A program made the position numbers and the translations under genes. From positions 127,838 through 191,837 of the forward strand of contig JAFWOU010000029.1 in NCBI GenBank assembly GCA_017509715.1: DNA of 64,000 nucleotides. The letters are read 5' to 3'. Below are positions 43,971-53,502 of the stretch, one piece after another. The notes under the pieces were generated by a model. It was not told the DNA's origin. It saw only the letters and a list, made by a program, of their open reading frames with translations, and did no database searches. Every line of letters begins with the position of its first letter. The stretch's first letter is position 1. This DNA comes from Paludibacteraceae bacterium (lineage in GTDB: Bacteria > Bacteroidota > Bacteroidia > Bacteroidales > Paludibacteraceae).

Positions 43971-44363
43971 ATGGCTAACGAATCAGTAATCAAATTGTTT
44001 GAAGGTAAGCAAGTGCGTATCGTATGGGACGAGGAGCAAGAGAAGTATTATTTTTCTGTGCTGGATATTGTGCAAGTATTAACAGATAGTGCAGATGCAA
44101 AGCAGTATATCAAGCGTTTGCGTACGCGTGATGCAGAACTGAACCTCAAGTGGGGTACAATTTGTACCCCTGTTGAAATGGAGGCTTTAGACGGGAAACG
44201 TCGTAAGGTTCAAGCTGCTGATTTACAAGGTATATTCCGCATTATACAGTCGATACCATCGAAGAAAGCAGAGCCAGTAAAGCAGTGGTTGGCTGAGTTG
44301 GGACAGATGCGAATTGATCAGATGATAGATCCAGAGCACCAAGGGAAGAGTAGTGAAATATAA
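43971..44363 (+). pseudogene. Bro-N domain (DinD/antirepressor-like) gene, apparently 3'-truncated
   Basis: It has IKLFEGKQVRIVWDEEQEKYYFSVLDIVQVLTDS...KQWLAELG, typical of a Bro-N domain. The ORF stops at 130 aa without the usual C-terminal domain. Confidence 0.5.
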
Positions 44364-44411
44364 TATGTATAAGATGGAATAAGTCCGGTTGTTGCCGTTT
44401 GAGAACGAACA

Positions 44412-44504
44412 ATGAGAAAAATCGGAATTTCCGAATAATCTGTCAAGATTACCAGGCCCTCTGCTTGTAAGGCAGATTTAGAGTTTTGGAAGATGTTTAA
44501 ATGA
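44412..44504 (+). pseudogene. direct repeat C containing a degenerate DUF354 3'-end remnant (#3)
   Basis: Bases 44412-44492 are about 98% identical to 49198-49278. It translates to ...SVKITRPSACKADLEFWKMFK* (compare ...QTCNADQEFWKRFK*). Confidence 0.65.
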
Positions 44505-44707
44505 TTTTTGATTGTCCTTCTCCGGTCGCACTCATGGCCGGGAGCGGATCGAAGCCTTGCAGCTGACGAACGAGCAAGTCGCGAAGCGGATTGTCAAGAT
44601 TTATGAAGATGTAATCAAAAAGTGAGGAATGGTGCGTGGTTCGTGGTGTAAAAATCTTGGTTGTGTGCAAAAATATGCAATAAAAAATCGTGGAATGGTG
44701 CAAAAGA

Positions 44708-44739
44708 TTTGCGTATGTCATTTATTTTTAGTACTTTTG
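44708..44739 (+). promoter_or_regulatory. Bacteroides-type promoter: TTTG-N20-TActTTTG
   Basis: TTTG lies at 44708-44711 and TACTTTTG at 44732-44739. Confidence 0.6.
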
Positions 44740-44763
44740 CAGCGATTTTTAAATATATAGGAT

Positions 44764-46113
44764 ATGAGACGGAAGATATATGAGCAGTTGGTGCAGTGGA
44801 AAGAACATGAACAAGGACATGTGGCACTGCTGATAGAAGGTGCACGACGCGTGGGGAAGAGTTATATCGTGGAAGAGTTTGCGCAGAAGGAATATAAGAG
44901 TTATATTCTCGTGGACTTTGCGCATATAACGAAACCACTGAAACGTGTGTTCGATGACTATCTGGAGGATACGGATACGTTCCTGTTATACCTGCAACAC
45001 GTCACCGGCAAGAAGCTGTATGCGCGTGAGTCGCTGATCATCTTCGATGAGATCCAGAAATATCCGAGAGCACGTCAAGCTATCAAGCATCTGGTGGCAG
45101 ACGGACGGTATGACTACATAGAGACGGGATCGTTGGTAGGAATAAACAGTCAAGCAGAGGATATACTGGAGCCATCGGAGGAACGTCCGTTGACGCTGTA
45201 TCCGATGGATTTTGAGGAGTGGTTATGGGCAATGGGTGATGAGATGACGATGCCGTTTATCCGAGATTGTTTTGCTCATCAGCGTCCGTTGGGTCCGGTG
45301 CACAGGAAGACGATGGATCTGTTTAGGCAATATTTGATAGTAGGAGGCATGCCGCAAGTGGTGCAGAAATATGTGGAGACGCGTGATTTTCGTGAGGCAG
45401 ATAGGCAAAAGCGTGATATTCTGTCGTTATATAGGCGCAGCATAGGCAAGTACGCAAAGGGATATTCGGAGAAAGTGCGGCAGATATTTGACCAGATACC
45501 GGGAGAGTTGCAGCAGCATGAGAAGCGATTCCGTTTGTCGGACTTGGAAGAAGGAGCGCGGTACAGGAGTTATGAGTCGTCGTTCCTATGGCTTCAGGAT
45601 GCGATGATGACAAACACGTGTTATGCGGTGACGGAGCCGACAGTAGGGATGAAGTTGCGGCGCGTGGATAATGTGTTCAAGAGCTATATGAATGACACGG
45701 GATTATTGTTAGCCCATGCGTTCGACGAGAAAACGATACAAGGAGAGGAACTGTATCAGAAATTGCTGCTGGACAAGCTGGAGATCAACGAAGGGATGCT
45801 GGTGGAGAACATCGTAGCGCAGATGTTTGTGGCGAGTGGGCATAAGTTGTATTTCTACAGCAGTTACGATAAGGAAGACGCATCGAATCGGATGGAGGTA
45901 GATTTTCTGATCGAGAAATCGACGCTGACGAATGCGCACAACATCCATCCGATAGAGGTAAAATCGGGGACGAACTACACGACATCGTCGCTGAATAAGT
46001 TCCTGACGAAATTCAAGGCGCAGTCGGCTCAGCCGTACGTGATTCACAGCAAGGATTGGGAGGTGAAGGACGGAGTGATTTATATGCCGTTCTATATGGT
46101 GGCGCTGTTGTGA
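44764..46113 (+). CDS. AAA ATPase with DUF4143-like C-terminal domain
   Basis: It has Walker A LLIEGARRVGKSY and Walker B-like LIIFDEIQ. The C-terminal VDFLIE...IHPIEVKSG is nuclease-fold-like, as in the AAA_14/DUF4143 family. Confidence 0.65.
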   Translation: MRRKIYEQLVQWKEHEQGHVALLIEGARRVGKSYIVEEFAQKEYKSYILVDFAHITKPLKRVFDDYLEDTDTFLLYLQHVTGKKLYARESLIIFDEIQKYPRARQAIKHLVADGRYDYIETGSLVGINSQAEDILEPSEERPLTLYPMDFEEWLWAMGDEMTMPFIRDCFAHQRPLGPVHRKTMDLFRQYLIVGGMPQVVQKYVETRDFREADRQKRDILSLYRRSIGKYAKGYSEKVRQIFDQIPGELQQHEKRFRLSDLEEGARYRSYESSFLWLQDAMMTNTCYAVTEPTVGMKLRRVDNVFKSYMNDTGLLLAHAFDEKTIQGEELYQKLLLDKLEINEGMLVENIVAQMFVASGHKLYFYSSYDKEDASNRMEVDFLIEKSTLTNAHNIHPIEVKSGTNYTTSSLNKFLTKFKAQSAQPYVIHSKDWEVKDGVIYMPFYMVALL

Positions 46114-46147
46114 TATTGATTTTTGAAATTAAGATTTTTGATATACA

Positions 46148-46313
46148 AGTTCCTTTTTTGGAGTACTTGTTCCCTTTTGGCTTGTACCCTTAAGGAATTA
46201 ATTAAAAACTTAAAAACGCTAAAAGGTACAAGCTAACATAGTCACCATTGGCTTGTTCCTTTAAGGAGCATTAAAATAATAATTAAAAGGTACATGCTGA
46301 TGGCACGGAAAAT
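46148..46313. repeat. direct repeat A' (partner of 43224-43394)
   Basis: See repeat A. Confidence 0.9.
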
Positions 46314-46328
46314 TGTAAAACAATAGAT

Positions 46329-46666
46329 ATGGAACAGAACGAGAATACAGGTGATATTCTGATCTATCAGAGTGAGAACGGTTTGACTCGCATCGATGTG
46401 CGGCTCGAACAAGAGACTGTTTGGCTGACGCAACAGCAGATGGCTGAATTATTCCAAACATCGCGTACCAACGTGGTGGAACATATTCAGCACATCTACG
46501 AGGAAAGAGAGTTGAGTCCGGAAGCAACCTGTCGGAAATTCCGACATGTTCAAAAAGAAGGCAGCAGAATGGTAGCACGTGAGATGCGAACACGTTGTCA
46601 CCGGTGGAGGAGGCGTATCTGGAGACGATAAAAGCGTTGGCTGCGGAGACGAAGGGGAAGAAGTGA
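46329..46666 (+). pseudogene. RhuM-family gene remnant (N-terminal ~75 codons joined out of frame to a short C-terminal piece)
   Basis: ILIYQSENGLTRIDVRLEQETVWLTQQQMAELFQTSRTNVVEHIQHIYEE is typical of a RhuM N-terminus. The frame then breaks. A different frame reads ...VEEAYLETIKALAAETKGKK* ending at 46666. Confidence 0.5.
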
Positions 46667-46744
46667 GAGAGAGCAAGTATGGAGCAGAGTCTTGCGACGC
46701 AGAAGGAGATATTTGGGAAGTTGGACGAGTTTATATTTGGATGA

Positions 46745-46864
46745 AAAATAAACAGCAAAAAAATCGACTATGCCAAGTTCCTGACGTACTTCATTGAGAA
46801 CTATTCGCAGCCTGCTACCCAAACTTGTAATGCTGATCAGGAGTTTTGGAAGAGGTTTAAGTAA
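46745..46864 (+). pseudogene. DUF354 3'-end remnant #4
   Basis: It translates to KINSKKIDYAKFLTYFIENYSQPATQTCNADQEFWKRFK*. Confidence 0.7.
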
Positions 46865-46894
46865 CCGAAAAAGAAAAATCCATCTATAATAAAT

Positions 46895-48403
46895 ATGTAT
46901 ATTCAATCCTTTAAAGCAAAAGGGCAGCATGTGTTTGGTAATTACCAAATCAACATGGATAAGAACGGAAACAAAATCAGTACTTCTGTAGCGGATGCTA
47001 TGGCAGAATCTGAGATTGTGTATGGGAAAGATCCTAAAGGGAAGAATCAATATACATATATTATCGGTGATAATGGCTCCGGAAAGACATCGTTATTAAA
47101 GTCTTTAATTATCGGTATGTTGAGTCAATATACCCAGCATAATTGGACAGAGGTACGATATGGAGGATTATCCTATATGCAATATTTTCATCAGCCATTC
47201 ACTACGTGGGATAAGTATGAAACTGCGAGAATAGGTGGCTGTGAAGCTATAGCCTATTGGGGCAGTCAACGCTTCTTACTTCCCAATAAGAACATTGATA
47301 ATAGGTATTATGAGTACAACTTTGGATACGAAGGAATGAAATTGCCAGTATTGTACACTTTGTTATTGCATAATACTAATTTACCGAAATTAAACAAGTT
47401 GTTAAGAGGAGATGAGGATGTACAATGGCGAGTGGATATAGAATATCTACCACAACCGCACTATGAATATGCTGGATTTGGAGATAAATGGGTTGAGGTG
47501 GATCCTACATTAAAACCTAAGTTGTCTTTATTACTTAAGATGGTTGAAACAGAATTGACTGCGGATATACCACCTCAAGGGGATGATTATCAGGGTTTTT
47601 CAAGTGGAATACTGAATAATCGTTATTTCCCGCGTATTGCAATAAATAACGATAAGTATCGTAAAAAAGTATTTGAACTAATATATCATTCGGTGATATT
47701 TCAAAAGCTTTTGGAAGTGGCACCGTTATTGTTGGCCGAAAAGGAGGATTCCAACAAGCGAATATACGATGGTCGTACTCATTCTGCATATAGGATAGAT
47801 AAGGATATCCTGCAAACACTTGGAGAACATGATTTATGGATATTGCCTCTATTGGCAGATATAGGGGTGGTGCAATATGATATTTTCGTTAATGATGTAC
47901 GATTAGATGAGTTGAGTAGTGGTGAACAAATCATGATACAACTTTTCTGTGATCTTTCACCTATGTGCGTCCTTCATCCAGAGAAGAAAGATTTCTTGAT
48001 TCTATATGATGAACCGGAAACATCGCTGCATCCCAAATGGCAGCAGAAATTTCCGGAGTTATTCAGACAGATAGTAGAGGATTTGTATGGGATAACTGAT
48101 TCTCATTTTATCTTCTGTACACATTCACCGATGATTGTGATGCAAGCTACGCAGTCGGAGAACACATCCGTTATTAGGTTTTCGTATGAAGACAAGGTGT
48201 TTAAGAGCGAGAAAGTGCTGAATATCAATCGTTTCTATGTGGAACAAGTCTTGCTGGATGACTTTGGACTGAATTACTATAAGAAAGAAGAGATAGAGGC
48301 GATGGATAGAAGTATACAGCAGATGTCATTGCCGGATGCAATATATCATACGCAAGAACTGAAGAACAAAATAGACAAATTGTACGCACAAATACTCGAG
48401 TAA
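46895..48403 (+). CDS. ptuA: Septu PtuA-like ABC-type ATPase
   Basis: It has Walker A IIGDNGSGKTSLLKS, signature LSSGEQ, Walker B LILYDEPETSLHP and CTHSP. An HNH partner follows with a 1-nt overlap. Confidence 0.7.
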   Translation: MYIQSFKAKGQHVFGNYQINMDKNGNKISTSVADAMAESEIVYGKDPKGKNQYTYIIGDNGSGKTSLLKSLIIGMLSQYTQHNWTEVRYGGLSYMQYFHQPFTTWDKYETARIGGCEAIAYWGSQRFLLPNKNIDNRYYEYNFGYEGMKLPVLYTLLLHNTNLPKLNKLLRGDEDVQWRVDIEYLPQPHYEYAGFGDKWVEVDPTLKPKLSLLLKMVETELTADIPPQGDDYQGFSSGILNNRYFPRIAINNDKYRKKVFELIYHSVIFQKLLEVAPLLLAEKEDSNKRIYDGRTHSAYRIDKDILQTLGEHDLWILPLLADIGVVQYDIFVNDVRLDELSSGEQIMIQLFCDLSPMCVLHPEKKDFLILYDEPETSLHPKWQQKFPELFRQIVEDLYGITDSHFIFCTHSPMIVMQATQSENTSVIRFSYEDKVFKSEKVLNINRFYVEQVLLDDFGLNYYKKEEIEAMDRSIQQMSLPDAIYHTQELKNKIDKLYAQILE

Positions 48404-49164
48404 TGAAATATGTAGGACGAGAAGAGTTTGAGTGGGAATGCGAGTTGGCTCAGAAAGCATTGCAAAAATACTCAAGTGGGAAGAAATACAATAATGAAGT
48501 CGTACAAAATATGCTACGACAGGTTTACCATGGTTGTTGTGCATATTGCGAGGGAAGAGTAGAGCCAACGGCATATTTTGAGATAGAGCATTATTATCCG
48601 AAAAAGAACAAGAGCCATAGAGAGTATAAGCAATGGGTGACAGAATTTAAGAATCTGCATTATGCATGCCCGAGATGCAATCGATTGAAAGGAAATAAAG
48701 ATCCAAAATTTTATCATATTTTGTCACCGAATTATTACTTTGATAATGGGGGTTGGGTGACGAAACCGAATGAAATAGACAGCAGTTTATACTATGCCGG
48801 ACATAAGGTGTTTGCGAGGAAAGGTTCGCTGCAGGGGGCAGGAACAATAGCTGTGTTCAAACTGAATGAACGTCAGTCGCTGTGGATAGATAGATTGAGG
48901 AAATATGCGGAATGCTACTATTTGATGAATGTGATATATGGATTATTGGGGAAGAGTAGTAAGGAAGTGAAGGATTTGGATAGTGCACTGCAGATTTTAT
49001 TTGGGCAGTTGGTGGCTTATACTAATCCTGATGCGGCTTATTCGACTATGATTGTACAGAACTTTGGCACGGAAATTTGTAAATTGATGAAAGTATGGCA
49101 GTATAAGAGAAATGAGAAAAGTATATGTGAACAATTTCGGAAACGGATAATGGGGATAGCCTAA
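48403..49164 (+). CDS. ptuB: Septu PtuB-like HNH endonuclease (TIGR02646-like)
   Basis: It has CAYCEGRVEPTAYFEIEHYYPKK...NLHYACPRCNRLKGNK. A TAATG overlap joins it to ptuA. Confidence 0.7.
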   Translation: MKYVGREEFEWECELAQKALQKYSSGKKYNNEVVQNMLRQVYHGCCAYCEGRVEPTAYFEIEHYYPKKNKSHREYKQWVTEFKNLHYACPRCNRLKGNKDPKFYHILSPNYYFDNGGWVTKPNEIDSSLYYAGHKVFARKGSLQGAGTIAVFKLNERQSLWIDRLRKYAECYYLMNVIYGLLGKSSKEVKDLDSALQILFGQLVAYTNPDAAYSTMIVQNFGTEICKLMKVWQYKRNEKSICEQFRKRIMGIA

Positions 49165-49197
49165 TAGATGTTGGGATAATATAGAATGAAATTAAGG

Positions 49198-49290
49198 ATG
49201 AGAAAAATCGGAATTTCCGAATAATCTGTCAAGATTACCAGGCCCTCTGCTTGTAAGGCAGATTTAGAGTTCTGGAAGAAGTTTAAGTAG
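49198..49290 (+). pseudogene. direct repeat C' containing a degenerate DUF354 3'-end remnant (#5)
   Basis: It is the partner of 44412-44504 and ends ...CKADLEFWKKFK*. Confidence 0.65.
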
Positions 49291-49335
49291 ATCTATATAG
49301 ATGAACGAATCTATGTGTGATATAATACGTGAGGA

Positions 49336-50682
49336 ATGAAGGATATCAGTAAGGAACAAGGGATTTTTATTCTCCGTGTTTATGATGCATGGTGCAAAGA
49401 TCCACGGATTCCAAAGACAGATAATCCGATGAAGTATCTGCATCCGTTCAATCCGGATGAATTTCTTGCGACTTTACCTGTAGATACACCGTTGGACGTG
49501 GCGGTTGATAAGTTAATTCAACATTGTTACGAGCATGGAGGAAGCATAATGCCTCCGGCATATCAGAAACCATATCGTGTTCAAGGAAAGAATGCACAAA
49601 CGTTATACATCATCGGGAACGGATTTGACAGATATCATGGTGCAGAATCTTCTTATTAGCATTTCCGTCAATACTTATTGCGCTGCATGCCTCAGATAGT
49701 CGGTTCATTTGACTTATATTGGGGACCACGAACATTGTCGCGCTCCTTTGAGCACAAGGATGATTATATGCGTTGTCTATTGCCTAATCGGCACAATTAT
49801 CCTCAAAACAAATGGACGGAAGATCATCTGTGGTGTGATTTTGAACGCTATATGGCAGAACTGAACCGGGAGAAAGTGATGACATTGGCTGATATGTATT
49901 TACCACGAGTAGATGAAGGTGAGGAAGGTTTTCGTTATGCAGATTATTATCTACCCATAGACAGAATAAAGGAGCAAATCTACTTTACAACCTTTGAAAT
50001 GCGCTACCGATTTCATAAATGGATAAATACTCTGCATTACGCGAAGGGTTTTCGGAAGAAGATGCTTCCGCTGGATACTGATGCGCTGTTCCTGAATTTC
50101 AACTATACCTTATTCTTGGAATCCGAATACAACGTACCCCAAGAACAGATATGTTACATCCATGGTTCCAGGAGAGACAAGTACGGCAGTTTGGTATTGG
50201 GGCATTCGGAAGATTCCGATTTGGCGTTTAAAAAATGGTATCATAAACATGAGAATGAAGCGCGTTTCCGTCCGAATCTAAAGGATAAGAAAGGACGATG
50301 GTATGCGAATGACAGGTTAACTTATCTGTCGTATTTCATTGAAGACGAGACAAAAGGCAATTGGAGATTACCGATCCGATACTATGCGCAAGAGGCTATA
50401 CAGGAAGCGATAGAAGGTTATTACGAGCAAAGTATGAAGTACACATCCGGTATTATATATCAGAATGCATCATTCTTTGATTCGCTGAAGTATATAAAAA
50501 GGATTGTGGTTGTTGGACATTCATTAGCAGACGTGGATATGCCTTATTTTGAGAAGATTATGGATTCCGTTGACAAAAATAAAGTGCAGTGGGAGATATA
50601 TTACCATACGGATAGAGATATAAAGAATATCAACCATTTCTGTAAGAGATTTGGTGTGTCGGCTCAAACTATGTATTTGTAG
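49336..50682 (+). pseudogene. AbiH-family abortive-infection gene interrupted by one in-frame TAG (49657-49659)
   Basis: ORFs 49336..49659 and 49678..50682 are in the same frame. Reading through gives LYIIGNGFDRYHGAESSY*HFRQYLL, which matches the AbiH N-terminal signature IGNGFD..HG..(T/S)SY..F..YL. Confidence 0.6.
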
Positions 50683-50915
50683 AGAGCCTGTGACGATTCG
50701 GTTATACCGACTTGTTAAACCGCAAGGTTTCTATATTATCGTCACTAGTGTGATGGCGTGTCCATCACGTAAACCATCGGGTTAGTAAATTTATTGAATA
50801 CTCCGAGTTAATGGTTATGAGAGTTGTTGCGAAAGCGATAGCTCTCTTTTTTTGACACCAATACGTCTTATTTTGCACGCAAAACTGATGATTTTAATAA
50901 TTTTTTTATTAAAAG

Positions 50916-50947
50916 TTTGTGTGTGTGGATTTTTTTTAGTATCTTTG
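50916..50947 (+). promoter_or_regulatory. Bacteroides-type promoter: TTTG-N20-TAtcTTTG
   Basis: TTTG lies at 50916-50919 and TATCTTTG at 50940-50947. Confidence 0.6.
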
Positions 50948-50969
50948 CACGGTGAAATACGAAACAAAT

Positions 50970-51425
50970 ATGAGCGAGAAAATTTCAAACAGAAATAATA
51001 CATCAACATGGGCATTAATCGTCTCCTTGATGGCTATGTTGTTGAGCCTATTGGTACTTATGCTGTGGATATTTGAAGTGATACCTCATTCGGTTATTAC
51101 ATCAGAAACGTTTATTGGCGCATGTGTAACGTTGTTATCCATTATTGTTACAATAGCGGTGGGATGGCAGATTTTCAATGCGATTGAGATGCGACAAATG
51201 ATGAGAGAATTAGAAGAAAAGCAGAAGAATATTGATGAGGCGCAGCGGAAATTAGATAAAGAAGTAAGAAAGAATTATAGTCATAGTCTACATCTTCATC
51301 ATATGACTCTTGCAATGCAACAGGAAGTGGCACATCAGTATGCTCCTGCAGTATTTTATTATTTCGGTGCGTTGTATGCCGGGATGGAATTAAATATGCC
51401 CTATGATAATAATGATTATATATGA
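50970..51425 (+). CDS. small membrane protein (2 TM helices plus a coiled-coil tail)
   Basis: Start set at the ATG at 50970 (MSEKIS...). The TM segments are WALIVSLMAMLLSLLVLMLWIF and FIGACVTLLSIIVTIAVGW, followed by the charged stretch RELEEKQKNIDEAQRKLDKE. Confidence 0.55.
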   Translation: MSEKISNRNNTSTWALIVSLMAMLLSLLVLMLWIFEVIPHSVITSETFIGACVTLLSIIVTIAVGWQIFNAIEMRQMMRELEEKQKNIDEAQRKLDKEVRKNYSHSLHLHHMTLAMQQEVAHQYAPAVFYYFGALYAGMELNMPYDNNDYI

Positions 51426-51601
51426 GTCATGTAAAATCCTGTTTGGCTCAACTAACGGGAGTAACAAAAATCCCTGCGCAAATGTATAAAGATATAGGAG
51501 ATATTGATGCGTTAATAAGAGCTTCAGATGAATATCATTGGATACGTACTCAATATGAACCATTGTTTGAGGAATTTAAGAGTAAGATATATCACAAATA
51601 A
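51422..51601 (+). CDS. 59-aa ORF (below the ORF-track cutoff), ATGA-coupled to the upstream gene
   Basis: Hand translation gives MSHVKSCLAQLTGVTKIPAQMYKDIGDIDALIRASDEYHWIRTQYEPLFEEFKSKIYHK*. It fills the gap before qatA. Confidence 0.35.
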   Translation: MSHVKSCLAQLTGVTKIPAQMYKDIGDIDALIRASDEYHWIRTQYEPLFEEFKSKIYHK

Positions 51602-51633
51602 CGATGTAGTATTAGATTATTAAATGAGTTTAT

Positions 51634-53502
51634 ATGTGGTCGGATAAGGAGACATCGAAAGATTTGTTAGGGTTTGGCGTTCATGCGTCATTACTTAAGT
51701 CTGTGGTCACGAATGAAAAGAACTTACCCATTACTATAGGATTATATGGTGATTGGGGAAGTGGTAAATCCAGTGTATTGGAGATACTTAAAGAACAGTT
51801 GAAAGATGAGGAGGGTGCTGTAGTCGTATATTTCGATGGGTGGACTTTTGAAAGTTTTGATGATGCGAAGATAGCTTTAATCCAAGGAATTGTTGATGAA
51901 TTGGAGAGTAATAAGAAATTTTTCTCTAAAGTGGGCGATGGATTAAAGGACTTGAAAGATGATTTTGTTAAATTGAAAGATTCTATCAATTGGATGCGAG
52001 TGTTGAAAGTGACGACCCAGATGGCAATCCCGACAGCTGCGGCGTTTGCAACCGGTGGGGCCTCAATTATTCCAAGTATTGTGTTGGCTCTGAAGAATAG
52101 CAAAGAGGATTTGCAGAACATCATCAATGAAGACAAATTAGAAGAGTTTATTAAGTCAAATATTGCAAAAGGGGAAGAAGAGAAAAAATATCAAGCAGTA
52201 AGAGAATTCCGCAGTGACTTTGAACAATTAATAAAGAAAAGCAAACAGGGGAAAGTCGTTGTGTTAATTGATGACTTGGATCGCTGTTTGCCGCGACATA
52301 TAATAGATAGTTTAGAGGCTATCAAGTTATTCTTAAACGTTCCCGGAACAGCATTTGTGATAGCAGCGGATGAGTATATCGTATCTAATGCTATTAAAAG
52401 CGAGTATAAATCATTGATAGAAGCATCTAACGGAGAGAACAAAAATAGAGAAGACCTAGGCAAATCGTATATGGAGAAGTTTATTCAACTGCCATATCAT
52501 CTGCCGATGTTGAGCAGAAAAGAAGTAGAGACATATGTGACGTTACTCTTCTGTCAATCATTCTTAGATCCGGAAGACTTCGAGAAGATTCAATCTGACT
52601 TTGCAAAATTTGTAGTCAATAATAAGTTCGAAAAATACGGATGGGATAATATAAAAGACATAGTTGATGAGTCAAAATGCGCAGAGTTGTGCGAAACAAT
52701 AGGTTTTGTATCGCATTTCTCATCCATCATCGGTACTGCACTGCGCTGGAATCCCAGACTGATTAAGCGTTTCTTGAATGCCTACGAAATCAGAAAGAGT
52801 TTGTTGGAGGTGTCTGGTTTAGCAACACAAGCCAATAAATTTGCACTTCTCAAGCTAATGTTAATAGAACAGCAACATGTGAATTTATTCCGGACACTCA
52901 ATAGTTGGGTCATGAGCAATGATGGTGCTGAAAATAAGGTTGGGGCATTAGAAGCATCCGTTGAGAAAAATGAATTTTCGGAGGAGTATGCTGAATGGAA
53001 TAAGCCTGAGATAAAGGCGTTGATAGAGAAAGAGCCCAAGTTTAGTTCTATCGATTTGAAAGAATTGTTTTGGGTGTCTAGGGACAATATAATTGATACA
53101 ATGAGTGGCACGACATTGATACCCGCTCGTGTTAAGAAATTGTTTAACGAATGCTACAGTGCATCTTCTGAACCCATTTTGAGAAATCAGTGCGAAGGGC
53201 AAATTAAACTGCTGTCTGCAGATGATTTGAGTGATTTTTATTCGTTATTAGAGGAGAAAACGTTATCTAATCCGGAAGATAAAAAATGTTATCATATATA
53301 TTACTTTTGCGTAATGAGTGATGTGGATTTTGCATATCAGAAACTTTTAGAGATTTTGTCACGAATAGATATACAAAAGATTCCGTTCTCGTTGGGAAAC
53401 AAGTTTAAAGATATTTGCACGAAATATGGCGCAGATACTAAATTGATGACTCTTTTAGAAGCAAATGAATTGTTGATTAAAACAATTAAAACCACAAGAT
53501 AA
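51634..53502 (+). CDS. qatA: KAP-family P-loop NTPase (QatA-like)
   Basis: It has Walker A GLYGDWGSGKSSVL and Walker B VVLIDDLDRCLP, the hallmark of KAP NTPases. Confidence 0.75.
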   Translation: MWSDKETSKDLLGFGVHASLLKSVVTNEKNLPITIGLYGDWGSGKSSVLEILKEQLKDEEGAVVVYFDGWTFESFDDAKIALIQGIVDELESNKKFFSKVGDGLKDLKDDFVKLKDSINWMRVLKVTTQMAIPTAAAFATGGASIIPSIVLALKNSKEDLQNIINEDKLEEFIKSNIAKGEEEKKYQAVREFRSDFEQLIKKSKQGKVVVLIDDLDRCLPRHIIDSLEAIKLFLNVPGTAFVIAADEYIVSNAIKSEYKSLIEASNGENKNREDLGKSYMEKFIQLPYHLPMLSRKEVETYVTLLFCQSFLDPEDFEKIQSDFAKFVVNNKFEKYGWDNIKDIVDESKCAELCETIGFVSHFSSIIGTALRWNPRLIKRFLNAYEIRKSLLEVSGLATQANKFALLKLMLIEQQHVNLFRTLNSWVMSNDGAENKVGALEASVEKNEFSEEYAEWNKPEIKALIEKEPKFSSIDLKELFWVSRDNIIDTMSGTTLIPARVKKLFNECYSASSEPILRNQCEGQIKLLSADDLSDFYSLLEEKTLSNPEDKKCYHIYYFCVMSDVDFAYQKLLEILSRIDIQKIPFSLGNKFKDICTKYGADTKLMTLLEANELLIKTIKTTR

